Positions 1 through 9,361 of a DNA stretch of 64,000 bases are shown one piece after another (positions within the stretch are counted from its first letter, which is position 1; each line of letters starts with the position of its first letter). A model generated the notes under the pieces. The model was not told the DNA's origin. It did no database searches and worked only from the letters and a program-made list of their open reading frames with translations. The position numbers and the translations under genes were made by a program. The stretch lies in assembly GCA_965202985.1 (NCBI GenBank), contig CBDBCF010000002.1, positions 512,001 to 576,000 of the forward strand, read 5' to 3'. The stretch is from Longimicrobiales bacterium. GTDB taxonomy: Bacteria; Gemmatimonadota; Gemmatimonadetes; Longimicrobiales; Gaopeijiaceae.

Positions 1-568
1 CGACGGCGGCCAGGTCGTCGGGCGAGAGGGGGTCCAGGACCACGACCGGTGCGCGAGAGAGAAGCGGGCGGACCACTTCGAAGCTGGGGTTCTCGGTGGT
101 GGCCCCCACCAGCACGATGTCGCCGGACTCGACCACGGCCAGGAAGGCGTCCTGCTGCGCCTTGTTGAAGCGGTGGATTTCGTCGCAGAAGAGGATCGTG
201 CCGCGTCCGGTCGCGCCACGACGGGCCTTGGCTTCGGCGATGATCTCGCGAACTCGCGCCACCCCTTCGGTGACGGCGCTGAACGGGACGAAGGCGGCGT
301 CGGCGGACGCAGCCGCAAGGCGGGCCAGAGTCGTCTTGCCCGAGCCGGGCGGTCCCCAGAGTAGGAAGCTCGACAGTCGGCCCTGGTCGATCATTGCCCG
401 AACGGGACCGCCCGGACCCACCACCCTTTGCTGGCCGCGGAACTCGGCCAAGGTGCGAGGGCGCATCGACGACGCCAGCGGGGGCGGCGGACCCTTGGCT
501 GTCCCGGCACCGGCGCGATCGAACGGGTGTTCGCCGGCCTTGTCTTCCGGGCCGAACAGGCTGCTCAC
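1..568 (-). CDS. rarA: Replication-associated recombination protein A (AAA+ ATPase), 3' end runs off the window
   Basis: Manual translation (absent from the ORF track) gives PLASSMRPRTLAEFRGQ, Walker A WGPPGSGKTT, LFCDEIHRFNKAQQD and GATTENPSF. GTG start overlaps the cca stop (GTGA). Confidence 0.93.
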   Translation of the reverse strand, partial: MSSLFGPEDKAGEHPFDRAGAGTAKGPPPPLASSMRPRTLAEFRGQQRVVGPGGPVRAMIDQGRLSSFLLWGPPGSGKTTLARLAAASADAAFVPFSAVTEGVARVREIIAEAKARRGATGRGTILFCDEIHRFNKAQQDAFLAVVESGDIVLVGATTENPSFEVVRPLLSRAPVVVLDPLSPDDLAAV

Positions 569-1824
569 GGCTCGGGCTCGCCGGCCAGCGCCAGCAGGGC
601 CGCGTGTTCGTTCCGGGACGGGTCCTCCCACACGGCCTCCAACAAGCGGCGCAGCGTCGCGCCGATCTGGGGGCCCGGCTGCCAACCCCGCTCCATCAAG
701 TCCCCGCCGTCCACCGCCAGGCCCCGCAACGAAAGGGGAACGCCCCGGCGAAGGTCGTCGCGAACCTCGGACAGAAGGCGCAACGTCCGGGCGCGCGCCT
801 CCGGGGCCGACTCCACGCGCAGTGCGGCCGTCCAGAGCCGTGCCGCGTCGCGAACGCCCGCGGGTTGCGCCTCTCCCGTCCATCGTCGCCTCTCCACGGG
901 GTCGCGGAACAAGTTGGGGGACGGCTTTAGGTCGGCCGCGACGGCCACGGCAACGCGCTCCGCGTCGGCCCGCGAGAAGCGGAGTCGGCGCAGAATCCGC
1001 GTGGCGGCATCAGGGGCCACGGGCGGTTCCAGGACGAGCAGGAGGAGCGCGGCCAAGCGCACCAAAGGCCGACGGCCCCGGATTGCGTCCACCAGCGCCA
1101 GCGCGGGCGCTTCAAGGGTGCGGGAGACCTCGGGCATCACCACGGCCAGTGCCTCGGAGTGCTGGTAGAGGGCCAAGGCCCGAGAAGGTCGGCGGGCCTC
1201 CAGCACGCGCACGAGCTCGTCCCGGATGCGTTCCCTGGAGAGCCGTTCCAGTCCGGGGACGGCGGCCACCAGGCCGTCCCAGGTGTCGGAGTCGATCGTC
1301 ATGTCGAAGGCACCGGCGAAGCGCAGGCCGCGCAGGACGCGCAGATAGTCCTCTCGGAAGCGCTCCGCCGGATCGCCCACGGCGCGAAGCACGCGGGCGG
1401 CCAAGTCGCGCCTGCCGCCGTGCGGATCGAGCAGCTTTTGCCGGGCCGGGTGCCAAGCCATGGCGTTCACGGTGAAGTCGCGCCTGGCCAAGTCCTCTTC
1501 GACGGTCCGGGCGAAGGCCACGGTCGCTCGGCGGCCGTCCGTCGCCACGTCGCGGCGAAAGGTCGTGACCTCGTACATGGTGCCGTCCGAACCGAAGACG
1601 CCCAACGTGCCGTGCTCCGGGCCCAGCGGTACGGTTCGGCGAAACACCTGCCGCATCTGAGGCGGCGTGGCCCGAGTCGTCAGGTCCCAGTCCTGGTGCT
1701 CGCCCGGACGCCCCCGAATCGCGTCCCTCACGGCCCCGCCCACGGTCCAAGTCTCGAAGCCGGCCGTCTCCAGCTGCCTTGCCAGCGCTCGAACGGGAGC
1801 GGGCACATCCAGCCGCAGACTCAC
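565..1824 (-). CDS. cca: CCA tRNA nucleotidyltransferase / poly(A) polymerase family
   Basis: VGGAVRD, DWDLTT, EVTTFRRD, DLARRDFTVNAMA, RFREDYLRVLRGLRFA. GTG start overlaps the SDR stop. Confidence 0.9.
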   Translation of the reverse strand: MSLRLDVPAPVRALARQLETAGFETWTVGGAVRDAIRGRPGEHQDWDLTTRATPPQMRQVFRRTVPLGPEHGTLGVFGSDGTMYEVTTFRRDVATDGRRATVAFARTVEEDLARRDFTVNAMAWHPARQKLLDPHGGRRDLAARVLRAVGDPAERFREDYLRVLRGLRFAGAFDMTIDSDTWDGLVAAVPGLERLSRERIRDELVRVLEARRPSRALALYQHSEALAVVMPEVSRTLEAPALALVDAIRGRRPLVRLAALLLLVLEPPVAPDAATRILRRLRFSRADAERVAVAVAADLKPSPNLFRDPVERRRWTGEAQPAGVRDAARLWTAALRVESAPEARARTLRLLSEVRDDLRRGVPLSLRGLAVDGGDLMERGWQPGPQIGATLRRLLEAVWEDPSRNEHAALLALAGEPEP

Positions 1825-2648
1825 CCGGCCAGAACCGCGCCCCCGTTGACGTTGACCGTCTCGCCGGTGACGTGACGCGCCAACGACGAACACAAGAACA
1901 CGATGGGACCGGCCACGTCTTCCGCCGTGGCGACCCGGCCCAACGGAATGGCGGCGTCGATCGCGGCCCTGCCTTCGCCCGACAGCGGCTCGCGGGACAT
2001 CTCGGTGTCGATCCAGCCGGGGGCGACTGCGTTCACTGTGACGTCGCGGCGGCCCACCTCCACGCACAGTCCCTTCACTAAAGCGATGAGGGCGCCCTTG
2101 GTGGCGGCGTAGTCTCCGTGGTACGGTTCGCCCCGCTGACCGGCGGTGGAGCTTACGAGCACCACGCGGCTCCCGGCGTCCATGCGGCGCAACGCTTGGC
2201 GGGTCGAGAAGAAGACGGAATCCAAGTTGACCGCAAGGGTTCGACGCCACCGGACTTCGTCCATCTCCGCGAACGGCACGTCCGCCGGGGGCCAGATCCC
2301 CGCGTTGCCCACGAAGATGTCCAAGCCTCCGAACTCGGCGTCCACCCGAGCAAAGAGGCGGTCCGACGCCGCGGGCTCCGACAGATCGCCCGCCTCTGCC
2401 CAGGCGTCGACCCCGAGAGTTCGCGCTTCCGACACGACTTGCTCGGCCTCTGTCCGGCGACGGCGGTAGGACAGCCCGACATCGGCGCCGGCCCGTGCCA
2501 GCAACCGCGCAACGGCGGCCCCGACCCCTCGCGACCCGCCCGTAACCAGCGCCCGCTTGCCGACCAAGCCCAAGTCCAGCCCGGAGGCCAGCGCTCGGGT
2601 GCCGACTTCCTTTGCTTGGGCGCCGACTTCGTTCCCCGCGGCGTTCAT
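1821..2648 (-). CDS. Short-chain dehydrogenase/reductase (FabG-like)
   Basis: TGGSRGVG, NAG, YAATK catalytic motif, VNAVAPGWIDT. Confidence 0.9.
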   Translation of the reverse strand: MNAAGNEVGAQAKEVGTRALASGLDLGLVGKRALVTGGSRGVGAAVARLLARAGADVGLSYRRRRTEAEQVVSEARTLGVDAWAEAGDLSEPAASDRLFARVDAEFGGLDIFVGNAGIWPPADVPFAEMDEVRWRRTLAVNLDSVFFSTRQALRRMDAGSRVVLVSSTAGQRGEPYHGDYAATKGALIALVKGLCVEVGRRDVTVNAVAPGWIDTEMSREPLSGEGRAAIDAAIPLGRVATAEDVAGPIVFLCSSLARHVTGETVNVNGGAVLAG

Positions 2649-2712
2649 GGAGGGAAATTCGCTTCGGCGGGGCGTGCAGGGCAACCGCGCTTCCGCCAGC
2701 GGCGGTGGGCGT

Positions 2713-3522
2713 TCAGCTGTCGATCCATGCCCTCACTCGTTTGCGCAGCGACTTGGCCTCGGGCAGCGCCGGCACCGGCAGCGGAAGGCGACCTTCGAAC
2801 AAGCGCGCCGGGTTGGCCGAAGCCAGCAGGCGCAAATGTTCTGCGCCTCCCAGAGCGCGCAGGGCGTCGGCCGCGGGTTCCAGTCGAAGCATGTAGTGCC
2901 GATGTCCATGAAAGTCGGAAGACAGGTAGTCCACCAAGCCGGCCGCCAAGAGCCGAAACGCCATCTCCCGAGGCTCGGTGCCGTACTGGCCGGCCAGCGA
3001 TCCGTAGTTGCACTGAAGGTATGCGCCCGCCTCTTTCCAGGCGCGCACTACCGAAAGACCGCTCTCGATGCCGGCGTAGCGCTCCGGGTGCGCTACGACG
3101 GGAATCCAGCCGGCATCGCGCAGCCGGCCCAACGCCTGAGGCGTGCCCGTCGGGGGGACGCGAAACATGGGCCATTCGATCAGCGCGAACGCGGTTCCGC
3201 CCAGCCGCGTGCGGGGGTCCGAGAGGTCGGGATCGGGGATGTCCAGCTTGACCTCCAGGCCACGGCGAAGGTCCAGCTCCGGGTACTGGACGCGAGCGGC
3301 GTCGCGCAGCTTCTTCCAGCGGCGGTCCATGAACTCCAATGTGGCACTGCCGTGTGCGCCTCCTTGGGTCCACGAGGCGCGGAAGTGCGGCGTCGTGACG
3401 ATGCCCTTCACGCCCGCCGCGGTCATGCGTCCGATCGAATGCAGGGCGTCGGCCAGCGTCGGCGACCCGTCGTCCACGCCGGGGACCAGGTGGCTGTGGA
3501 AGTCCCGGTAGCAAGGGTTCAC
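2713..3522 (-). CDS. PHP-family Mn-dependent protein-tyrosine phosphatase (CpsB/CapC/YwqE type)
   Basis: DFHSHLVPGVDDG, TTPH, AHPERY, SSDFHG motifs. Confidence 0.88.
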   Translation of the reverse strand: MNPCYRDFHSHLVPGVDDGSPTLADALHSIGRMTAAGVKGIVTTPHFRASWTQGGAHGSATLEFMDRRWKKLRDAARVQYPELDLRRGLEVKLDIPDPDLSDPRTRLGGTAFALIEWPMFRVPPTGTPQALGRLRDAGWIPVVAHPERYAGIESGLSVVRAWKEAGAYLQCNYGSLAGQYGTEPREMAFRLLAAGLVDYLSSDFHGHRHYMLRLEPAADALRALGGAEHLRLLASANPARLFEGRLPLPVPALPEAKSLRKRVRAWIDS

Positions 3523-3830
3523 TCCGACCACGCCGCGTCCATCTCGGCAACCCGCCGGGCCAAGCGCCGCAGCTCGGGTCCGCGCTCGCCGTTCAGCAGC
3601 GCGAGCTGACAGGCGTAGGTGATGAAGGCGTCGGCCGCCAGGAGCGAGAACGCGGCGGCGCGGTCGTTCGGGTCCATGCGCGCGCACGCCTTCATGGCGA
3701 CGGCGGCGGCGGCGGCGAAACCGTCGGGAGAGGCGGGTCCCGGGGCCTCCAAGTAGGGCCGAAATGCGGGCGGAACGGGCGGTTGACGCTCGTCGATCCA
3801 CTCGGCGATGGAGACGGGAGCTCGCTTCAA
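3519..3830 (-). CDS. Small hypothetical protein
   Basis: Fills the alaS-phosphatase gap exactly, with 4-bp overlaps at both ends. Protein-like sequence (RAAAFSLLAADAFITYAC). Confidence 0.65.
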   Translation of the reverse strand: MKRAPVSIAEWIDERQPPVPPAFRPYLEAPGPASPDGFAAAAAVAMKACARMDPNDRAAAFSLLAADAFITYACQLALLNGERGPELRRLARRVAEMDAAWSE

Positions 3831-6568
3831 CGCGACGCGGCCCCGTCGTGCGCCAGAGTCTTGGCGAACTCGGCGCCCGAGCTTATCGCCTGCGCCAGCT
3901 TCGCCGGATCGCCCACTCCCGCCTGAGCCATGTGGGCCCGGCCCCCGCCCTTGCCGCCGGCCTCGGCCGCCACATGCCGCAGGAGCTCGTCGGCCCGGAG
4001 CCCTGCCGCTACCGCGCTGTCGGTGGCGAAGGCGAAGAGCGCGTGCTTTCCCCCCGGCATCTCCGCCGCAACGACGGCCACGACCGGCTCGGACGATGCG
4101 CGGAAGGCGTCGCCCCACTTGCGGGCGTCGGCCGGGTTGCGGACCTGCAAGCGGACGCCTCGGTACGACGCCGAGCGACCGGCGGCGTCGAAGCCGACCT
4201 CGGCAACCACCTCGCCGCCTCCGCCGTCCGCCCCAACGCGTCGCGCCGCCTCCAGGGCCGTCTCCAGCTCCGCGTGCTCCTTCTGCAAGCGCGCCAGTCG
4301 GCGCTCCACGTCGGCCGGGCCGGTCTTGAGGGCGGCGGCGACGGCCTCGATCCGCCGGCGGTATCCGTCCAGACGACCGAAGGCAGCGCGGCCGGTCACG
4401 GCCTCCAGGCGCCGGACGCCCGCTGCGACGCCGGTCTCGGACACCAGCTTGAAGAGCCCGATCTCGCTCGTGAGCCGGACGTGGGTGCCGCCGCACAGCT
4501 CCATGCCGGCCCCCGGCACCTCCACGACGCGCACTCGCTCGCCGTACTTCTCTCCGAAGAGCGCCATGGCGCCGGCCTTCACGGCCTCGTCGTAGGGCCG
4601 CTCGTCCACCCTCACCGGCCGGCCGGCCCACACCGCCTCGTTGACCAACGCCTCCACCTTCGAGAGTTCGGCCGCGGTCACGGGAGCCGAGTGGGCGAAG
4701 TCGAAGCGCAGGCGGTCGGGCGCCACCAGCGACCCCCGCTGCACGACGTGGCTTCCCACCACGGAGCGAAGCGCCCAGTGAAGGAGGTGCGTGGCCGTGT
4801 GGTTGCGCTCCGTGTCGCCGCGAAGAGCACGGTCCACCCGAGCCGTCACCTCCGCCCCCAAGAACTCCTGGGCCGACGCGGGCACGCCGTGGCCCGAGCA
4901 CCGCCCCTTCGCCCAGATCAGGCCGCCGTCGCGAAGCACCGCTTCCACGTTCATGCTCCAACCCTGCGCCGCCCCGACGATCCGGCCCCGGTCCGACACC
5001 TGTCCCCCGCCCTCGACGTAGAACGGATGCTCTTCCAAGGCCAGGCCCACCAGGGACTCGCCCTGGGAGTCCGCGAAGGTTCGGCAACCGACTACCCGTG
5101 TGTCCGTCGCCATGGACTGGCGCGCGACGTAGCGCTGAAGCCGTTTCGCGCCCTTCACGACCTCGACCGCCCCCTCCTCGGCGCCCCCGGGACCGAACTC
5201 CCCGACCTCCGCCCGGTTCCGCCGGTCCGCCCTGGAACGCTCCCGCTGTTCGGCCAGCGCCCGCTCGAAGCCCGGCATGTCCACGTCCCAGCCCCGCTCG
5301 GCGGCCACGATCCGCGTCAGGTCCGCCGGAAAGCCGAAGGTGTCGTAGAGGCGAAAGACCTCGTCGCCGGGCACCACGGGCCGGTCGGATTCGCCGGCGG
5401 AGGTCTCGGACGGCGCCGAGACGGCGGGCGCCAGGGCGTCCAGGCGGGCCAAGCCGCCCTCCACGGCGTCCAGGAAGCGTTCCTCCTCGCCTCGGACCGT
5501 GGCCAGCAGGTGGTCCCGCCGGTCCGCAAGTTCGGGGTATGCGTCCGCCATTCGATCCACGACGGCCGCGGCCACGTCCGTCAGTACCGGCTCCCGCTTG
5601 CCAAGCAGCCACGCATGGCGCACGCCCCGGCGAAGGATGCGCCGCACCACGTAGCCGCGTCCCTCGTTGGACGGAGACACGCCGTCGGCCAGCAGGAACG
5701 CCACCGCCCTGGCATGGTCCGCCAGCACTCGGTACGACACGCCTTCGGCGGAGTCCGCCCGATACGGGTGCCCCGCGACCTCGGCGACCCGGTCCAGCAG
5801 AGGCCGAAACAGGTCGGTGTGGTAGTTGCTTCCGACGCCTTGGAGCACCGCGGCCAAGCGCTCCAGGCCGGCGCCCGTGTCGATGCTGGGCGCCGGCAGC
5901 GGGTGCAGGACCCCGTCCTCGGCCCGGTCGAACTGCATGAAGACCAAGTTCCACAGCTCCAAGAACTCGCCCGCCTCTCCGCGCGCCTCGAACTCGGGCG
6001 TGTCCGGCGCCGTTCGCCGCTCCGTCTTCGGGCGCAGGTCGTAGTGGACCTCCGAACACGGGCCGCACGGCCCCGTGTCGGCCATCTGCCAGAAGTTGTC
6101 CTTGTCGCCCAGCCGATGGATCCGTTCCTTGGGCACGCCGGCCACGCGGCTCCACAGGTCCGCGGCCTCGTCGTCGGTGTGGTGCACGGTCACAAAGAGG
6201 CGCTCCGGCGCCAGCCCCAGGTCGGCCGTCAGAAACTCCCACGCGTACTCGACGGCGTCCTGCTTGAAGTAGTCGCCGAAGGAGAAGTTCCCCAGCATCT
6301 CGAAGAAGGTGTGGTGTCTCGCGGTGCGCCCCACCTCTTCCAGGTCGTTGTGCTTGCCTCCGGCCCGCACGCACTTCTGCGACGTGACGGCCCGGCGATA
6401 AGGCAGCCGCTCGCGCCCCAGGAACGCGCCCTTGAACTGCACCATCCCCGCGTTGGTGAAGAGCAGCGTCGGGTCCTGGGACGGCACCAGCGACGCGCTT
6501 GGGCGCACCTCGTGGCCCCTGGCCCGAAAGAACTCGAGGAACCCCCGGCGGATCTCGGCCGCGGTCAT
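3827..6568 (-). CDS. alaS: Alanine--tRNA ligase
   Basis: DPTLLFTNAGMVQFK, HHTFFEMLGNFSFGDYFK, editing motifs HTATH and ELCGGTH, C-terminal GKGGG. Confidence 0.98.
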   Translation of the reverse strand: MTAAEIRRGFLEFFRARGHEVRPSASLVPSQDPTLLFTNAGMVQFKGAFLGRERLPYRRAVTSQKCVRAGGKHNDLEEVGRTARHHTFFEMLGNFSFGDYFKQDAVEYAWEFLTADLGLAPERLFVTVHHTDDEAADLWSRVAGVPKERIHRLGDKDNFWQMADTGPCGPCSEVHYDLRPKTERRTAPDTPEFEARGEAGEFLELWNLVFMQFDRAEDGVLHPLPAPSIDTGAGLERLAAVLQGVGSNYHTDLFRPLLDRVAEVAGHPYRADSAEGVSYRVLADHARAVAFLLADGVSPSNEGRGYVVRRILRRGVRHAWLLGKREPVLTDVAAAVVDRMADAYPELADRRDHLLATVRGEEERFLDAVEGGLARLDALAPAVSAPSETSAGESDRPVVPGDEVFRLYDTFGFPADLTRIVAAERGWDVDMPGFERALAEQRERSRADRRNRAEVGEFGPGGAEEGAVEVVKGAKRLQRYVARQSMATDTRVVGCRTFADSQGESLVGLALEEHPFYVEGGGQVSDRGRIVGAAQGWSMNVEAVLRDGGLIWAKGRCSGHGVPASAQEFLGAEVTARVDRALRGDTERNHTATHLLHWALRSVVGSHVVQRGSLVAPDRLRFDFAHSAPVTAAELSKVEALVNEAVWAGRPVRVDERPYDEAVKAGAMALFGEKYGERVRVVEVPGAGMELCGGTHVRLTSEIGLFKLVSETGVAAGVRRLEAVTGRAAFGRLDGYRRRIEAVAAALKTGPADVERRLARLQKEHAELETALEAARRVGADGGGGEVVAEVGFDAAGRSASYRGVRLQVRNPADARKWGDAFRASSEPVVAVVAAEMPGGKHALFAFATDSAVAAGLRADELLRHVAAEAGGKGGGRAHMAQAGVGDPAKLAQAISSGAEFAKTLAHDGAASR

Positions 6569-6590
6569 CGCGCGCGACCTTGGAGGCCGT

Positions 6591-7724
6591 TCACCGAGCC
6601 GGCGCCCCGGCGGCCGCGCGATCTGTCGGGCGTGGCGCGGAGGCGTCGGTTCCGGCGGGCGTCGCCCTGTCCTCGCCAGACTCTTGGGCGGGCGCGACCA
6701 TCCCCAGGGCCGCCTGCAAGCGCGCTTCGATCTCCGCCGCGATGTCCAGGTTCTCGGACAGGAAGCTCCGCACGTTCTCCTTCCCCTGCCCCAGGCGCAG
6801 GTCGCCGTAGGAGAACCACGACCCCGACTTGTCCACGATCCCCTTCTCGACGCCCAGATCGATGAGCAGCCCCGTGTGGCTGATCCCCTGGGCGTAGAGG
6901 ATGTCGAACTCCGCCTGCTTGAACGGCGGCGCGCACTTGTTCTTGACGACCTTGACGCGGGTTCGGTTGCCGATGATCTCCTGGCCCTCCTTGATCGCGC
7001 CGATCCGCCGGATGTCCATCCGCAGCGAGGCGTAGAACTTGAGGGCCCGTCCGCCCGACGTGGTCTCGGGGTTGCCGAACATGACGCCGATCTTCTCCCG
7101 GATCTGGTTGGTGAAGATGACGGCGCAGTTGGAGCGGTTCACGGCTCCCGTCAGCTTTCGCAGGGCTTGGCTCATCAGCCGGGCCTGCAGCCCCACGTGC
7201 GAGTCGCCCATCTCCCCTTCGATCTCCGCTCTGGGAACCAGGGCGGCCACCGAGTCCACCACGATCACGTCCACGGCGTTGCTCCGGATCAGCACCTCGG
7301 CGATCTCCAGGGCCTGCTCCCCGGTGTCGGGCTGCGACACCAGCAGGTTGTCCACGTCCACCCCCAACTTGCGGGCGTACTGGATGTCCAAGGCGTGCTC
7401 GGCGTCGATGAACGCCGCGATGCCGCCGTCCTTCTGGGCGTTGGCGATCACGTGAAGGCAGAGCGTGGTCTTCCCCGAGGACTCGGGACCGTAGATCTCG
7501 CTGATCCGGCCCCGGGGCACGCCTCCGATCCCGATCACGGCGTCCAGGTTGACGGCCCCGGTGGAGATGCCGGCGATCTGGAGGTCGGCCCCCGCCGCCC
7601 CCATTCTCATGATGGCGCCCTTCCCGTAGGAGCGCTCGATCTGGGTGACGGCGGTCTTCAGCGCTTTCTCCCGGTGCCGCTGGTCCTTACCGTTGGAGGC
7701 GGAGGCGATGTGCTTTGCGGTCAT
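6591..7724 (-). CDS. recA: Recombinase RecA
   Basis: [40 protein letters not shown]. Confidence 0.99.
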   Translation of the reverse strand: MTAKHIASASNGKDQRHREKALKTAVTQIERSYGKGAIMRMGAAGADLQIAGISTGAVNLDAVIGIGGVPRGRISEIYGPESSGKTTLCLHVIANAQKDGGIAAFIDAEHALDIQYARKLGVDVDNLLVSQPDTGEQALEIAEVLIRSNAVDVIVVDSVAALVPRAEIEGEMGDSHVGLQARLMSQALRKLTGAVNRSNCAVIFTNQIREKIGVMFGNPETTSGGRALKFYASLRMDIRRIGAIKEGQEIIGNRTRVKVVKNKCAPPFKQAEFDILYAQGISHTGLLIDLGVEKGIVDKSGSWFSYGDLRLGQGKENVRSFLSENLDIAAEIEARLQAALGMVAPAQESGEDRATPAGTDASAPRPTDRAAAGAPAR

Positions 7725-7813
7725 GGTTCGGCCTTTCCCTGGTGGTGTGTCTGCGTGAGCAAGATACCGAAACCGAAGATAAAGCGAAACCCCCTGCCCT
7801 CGGTTGTCGGCGC

Positions 7814-7828
7814 GTACCTTCAAGGTAC
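7814..7828. promoter_or_regulatory. Palindrome GTACCTT-C-AAGGTAC upstream of recA, candidate repressor operator
   Basis: Perfect 7-bp inverted arms about 90 bp upstream of the recA ATG, in the divergent intergenic region. Confidence 0.45.
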
Positions 7829-7897
7829 ACCCGAAACTGGGCGCTTCCATGCTCAGATCGGCACGACTTTCCGGACAACTGCGCGAGGGCGGGCAAC

Positions 7898-9361
7898 GTG
7901 AGTCGAACGTACGACCTGGTGGCCGTGGGCGGCGGCACCGGCGGGCTGGTGGCAGCTGCCGGGGCGGCGTACCTGGGGCTCGGGCCGGCGATCGTGGAGA
8001 AGACGGCTCTGGGCGGCGACTGCCTGTGGACCGGCTGCGTGCCGTCCAAGGCGCTGATCGCGTCGGGGCGACTGGCCCGGAAGATGGAGGAGGCCGGCGA
8101 ACTCGGCCTGCGCCCGGCCGCTGCTCCCCACGACTTCCGCGCCGTCATGGAGCGAATGCGCGCCGCCCGCGCCGTGGTGGCCCGCCACGACGACCCCGCG
8201 CGGTTCCGCGACATGGGGGTCGCCGTGCACTTTGGAGCCGCCCGCTTCCTGGACGCCTCCACGCTGGAGGTGGACGGCGTGGGAACGGTTCGCTCCAAGC
8301 GGTTCGTGGTGGCCACGGGGGCGTCTCCCCGCGTTCCGCCGATTCCGGGGCTGGAGGAGGCGGGGTACTGGACCTACGAGACCGTGTTCGAACAAAACGA
8401 GCTTCCCCCTTCGATGGTCGTCGTGGGCGGAGGGCCGATCGGCATCGAGTTCGCCCAGGTCCTGGCCCGCCTGGGGTCGCGGATCACCGTGCTGGAGGCG
8501 GCGGAGCGGGTTCTCCTTCAAGAAGACCCGGACGTGTCGGCGTTCGTCGAGCGGCTGCTGGACGCGGAGGGCATCGCCGTGCACACCGGGGCGGCCGTGA
8601 CGACGGTGCACGCCGAACTGGGACGGAAGGTCGTGGAGTGGACCCCGGCGGAATCGACCTTGCAGGAGGGCGAAGCGGCTCGCGCACCGGCCCAGCGGAC
8701 CCGCACCCTGACGGCCGACCAGATCTTCGTCGCCGTGGGCCGAAGTCCCTGCACCGGCGGGTTGGGGCTGGACGCCGCGGGCGTGCGCAAGACGCGCGAA
8801 GGCGCCGTGGCGGTGGACCCGTACCTGCGTACTTCGGCGGCCGGCGTGTGGGCCGCGGGCGACGTGGCTGGCGGCCTTCAGTTCACCCACGCCGCCGAGC
8901 ACATGGCCAAGACGGCGCTCCGGAACGCCGTGCTGCCGGGAAGGACGCGCGTTCGCTACGACGACATTCCCAGGGTAACCTACATGGACCCCGAGGTGGC
9001 GCGGGTCGGCTTGGGAGAAGCCGAGGCGGAAGCCGCCGGGGGGACCACGTACCGCTACGAGCTGGCCGACCTGGATCGGGCGATCGTGGACGGCGCCGGC
9101 GTCGGGTTCGTGAAGGTGTCGGCCGACCGCAAGGGGAAGGTCCTGGGGGCCACCGTCGTCGCCCGAGGCGCCGGCGAGATGATCCTGCCCTTGGTCATGG
9201 CCAGGCAGCACGGCCTGAGCCTTGCGAAGGTCGCGAACACGATCTTCCCCTACCCGACGATGACCGAGGGGGTCAAGCGGGCCGCCGGCGCCTACATGCG
9301 GTCGCGGCTGGACTCCGGGGCCGGGCGCACCCTGCAGCGGGTCGTGCGGTGGCTCAGGTAG
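7898..9361 (+). CDS. FAD-dependent pyridine nucleotide-disulfide oxidoreductase (MerA/LpdA-like)
   Basis: GGGTGG, redox motif [22 protein letters not shown]-terminal FPYPTMTE. No terminal Cys-Cys pair. Confidence 0.9.
   Translation: MSRTYDLVAVGGGTGGLVAAAGAAYLGLGPAIVEKTALGGDCLWTGCVPSKALIASGRLARKMEEAGELGLRPAAAPHDFRAVMERMRAARAVVARHDDPARFRDMGVAVHFGAARFLDASTLEVDGVGTVRSKRFVVATGASPRVPPIPGLEEAGYWTYETVFEQNELPPSMVVVGGGPIGIEFAQVLARLGSRITVLEAAERVLLQEDPDVSAFVERLLDAEGIAVHTGAAVTTVHAELGRKVVEWTPAESTLQEGEAARAPAQRTRTLTADQIFVAVGRSPCTGGLGLDAAGVRKTREGAVAVDPYLRTSAAGVWAAGDVAGGLQFTHAAEHMAKTALRNAVLPGRTRVRYDDIPRVTYMDPEVARVGLGEAEAEAAGGTTYRYELADLDRAIVDGAGVGFVKVSADRKGKVLGATVVARGAGEMILPLVMARQHGLSLAKVANTIFPYPTMTEGVKRAAGAYMRSRLDSGAGRTLQRVVRWLR

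Noticed and set aside
96..1475. Long + strand ORFs antisense to rarA/cca, and similar shadow ORFs elsewhere (e.g. 3764-6865, 23074-25866, 40864-44814, 48214-51558)
   Set aside because: Arg/Pro/Gly-rich off-frame or antisense translations, expected at this GC content, overlapping well-supported genes.
6565..6936. Possible recX between recA and alaS
   Set aside because: An alternative frame of the recA 3' end with no RecX features.
7898..9361. Mercuric reductase merA
   Set aside because: No C-terminal Cys-Cys pair, no NmerA domain and no mer operon genes.
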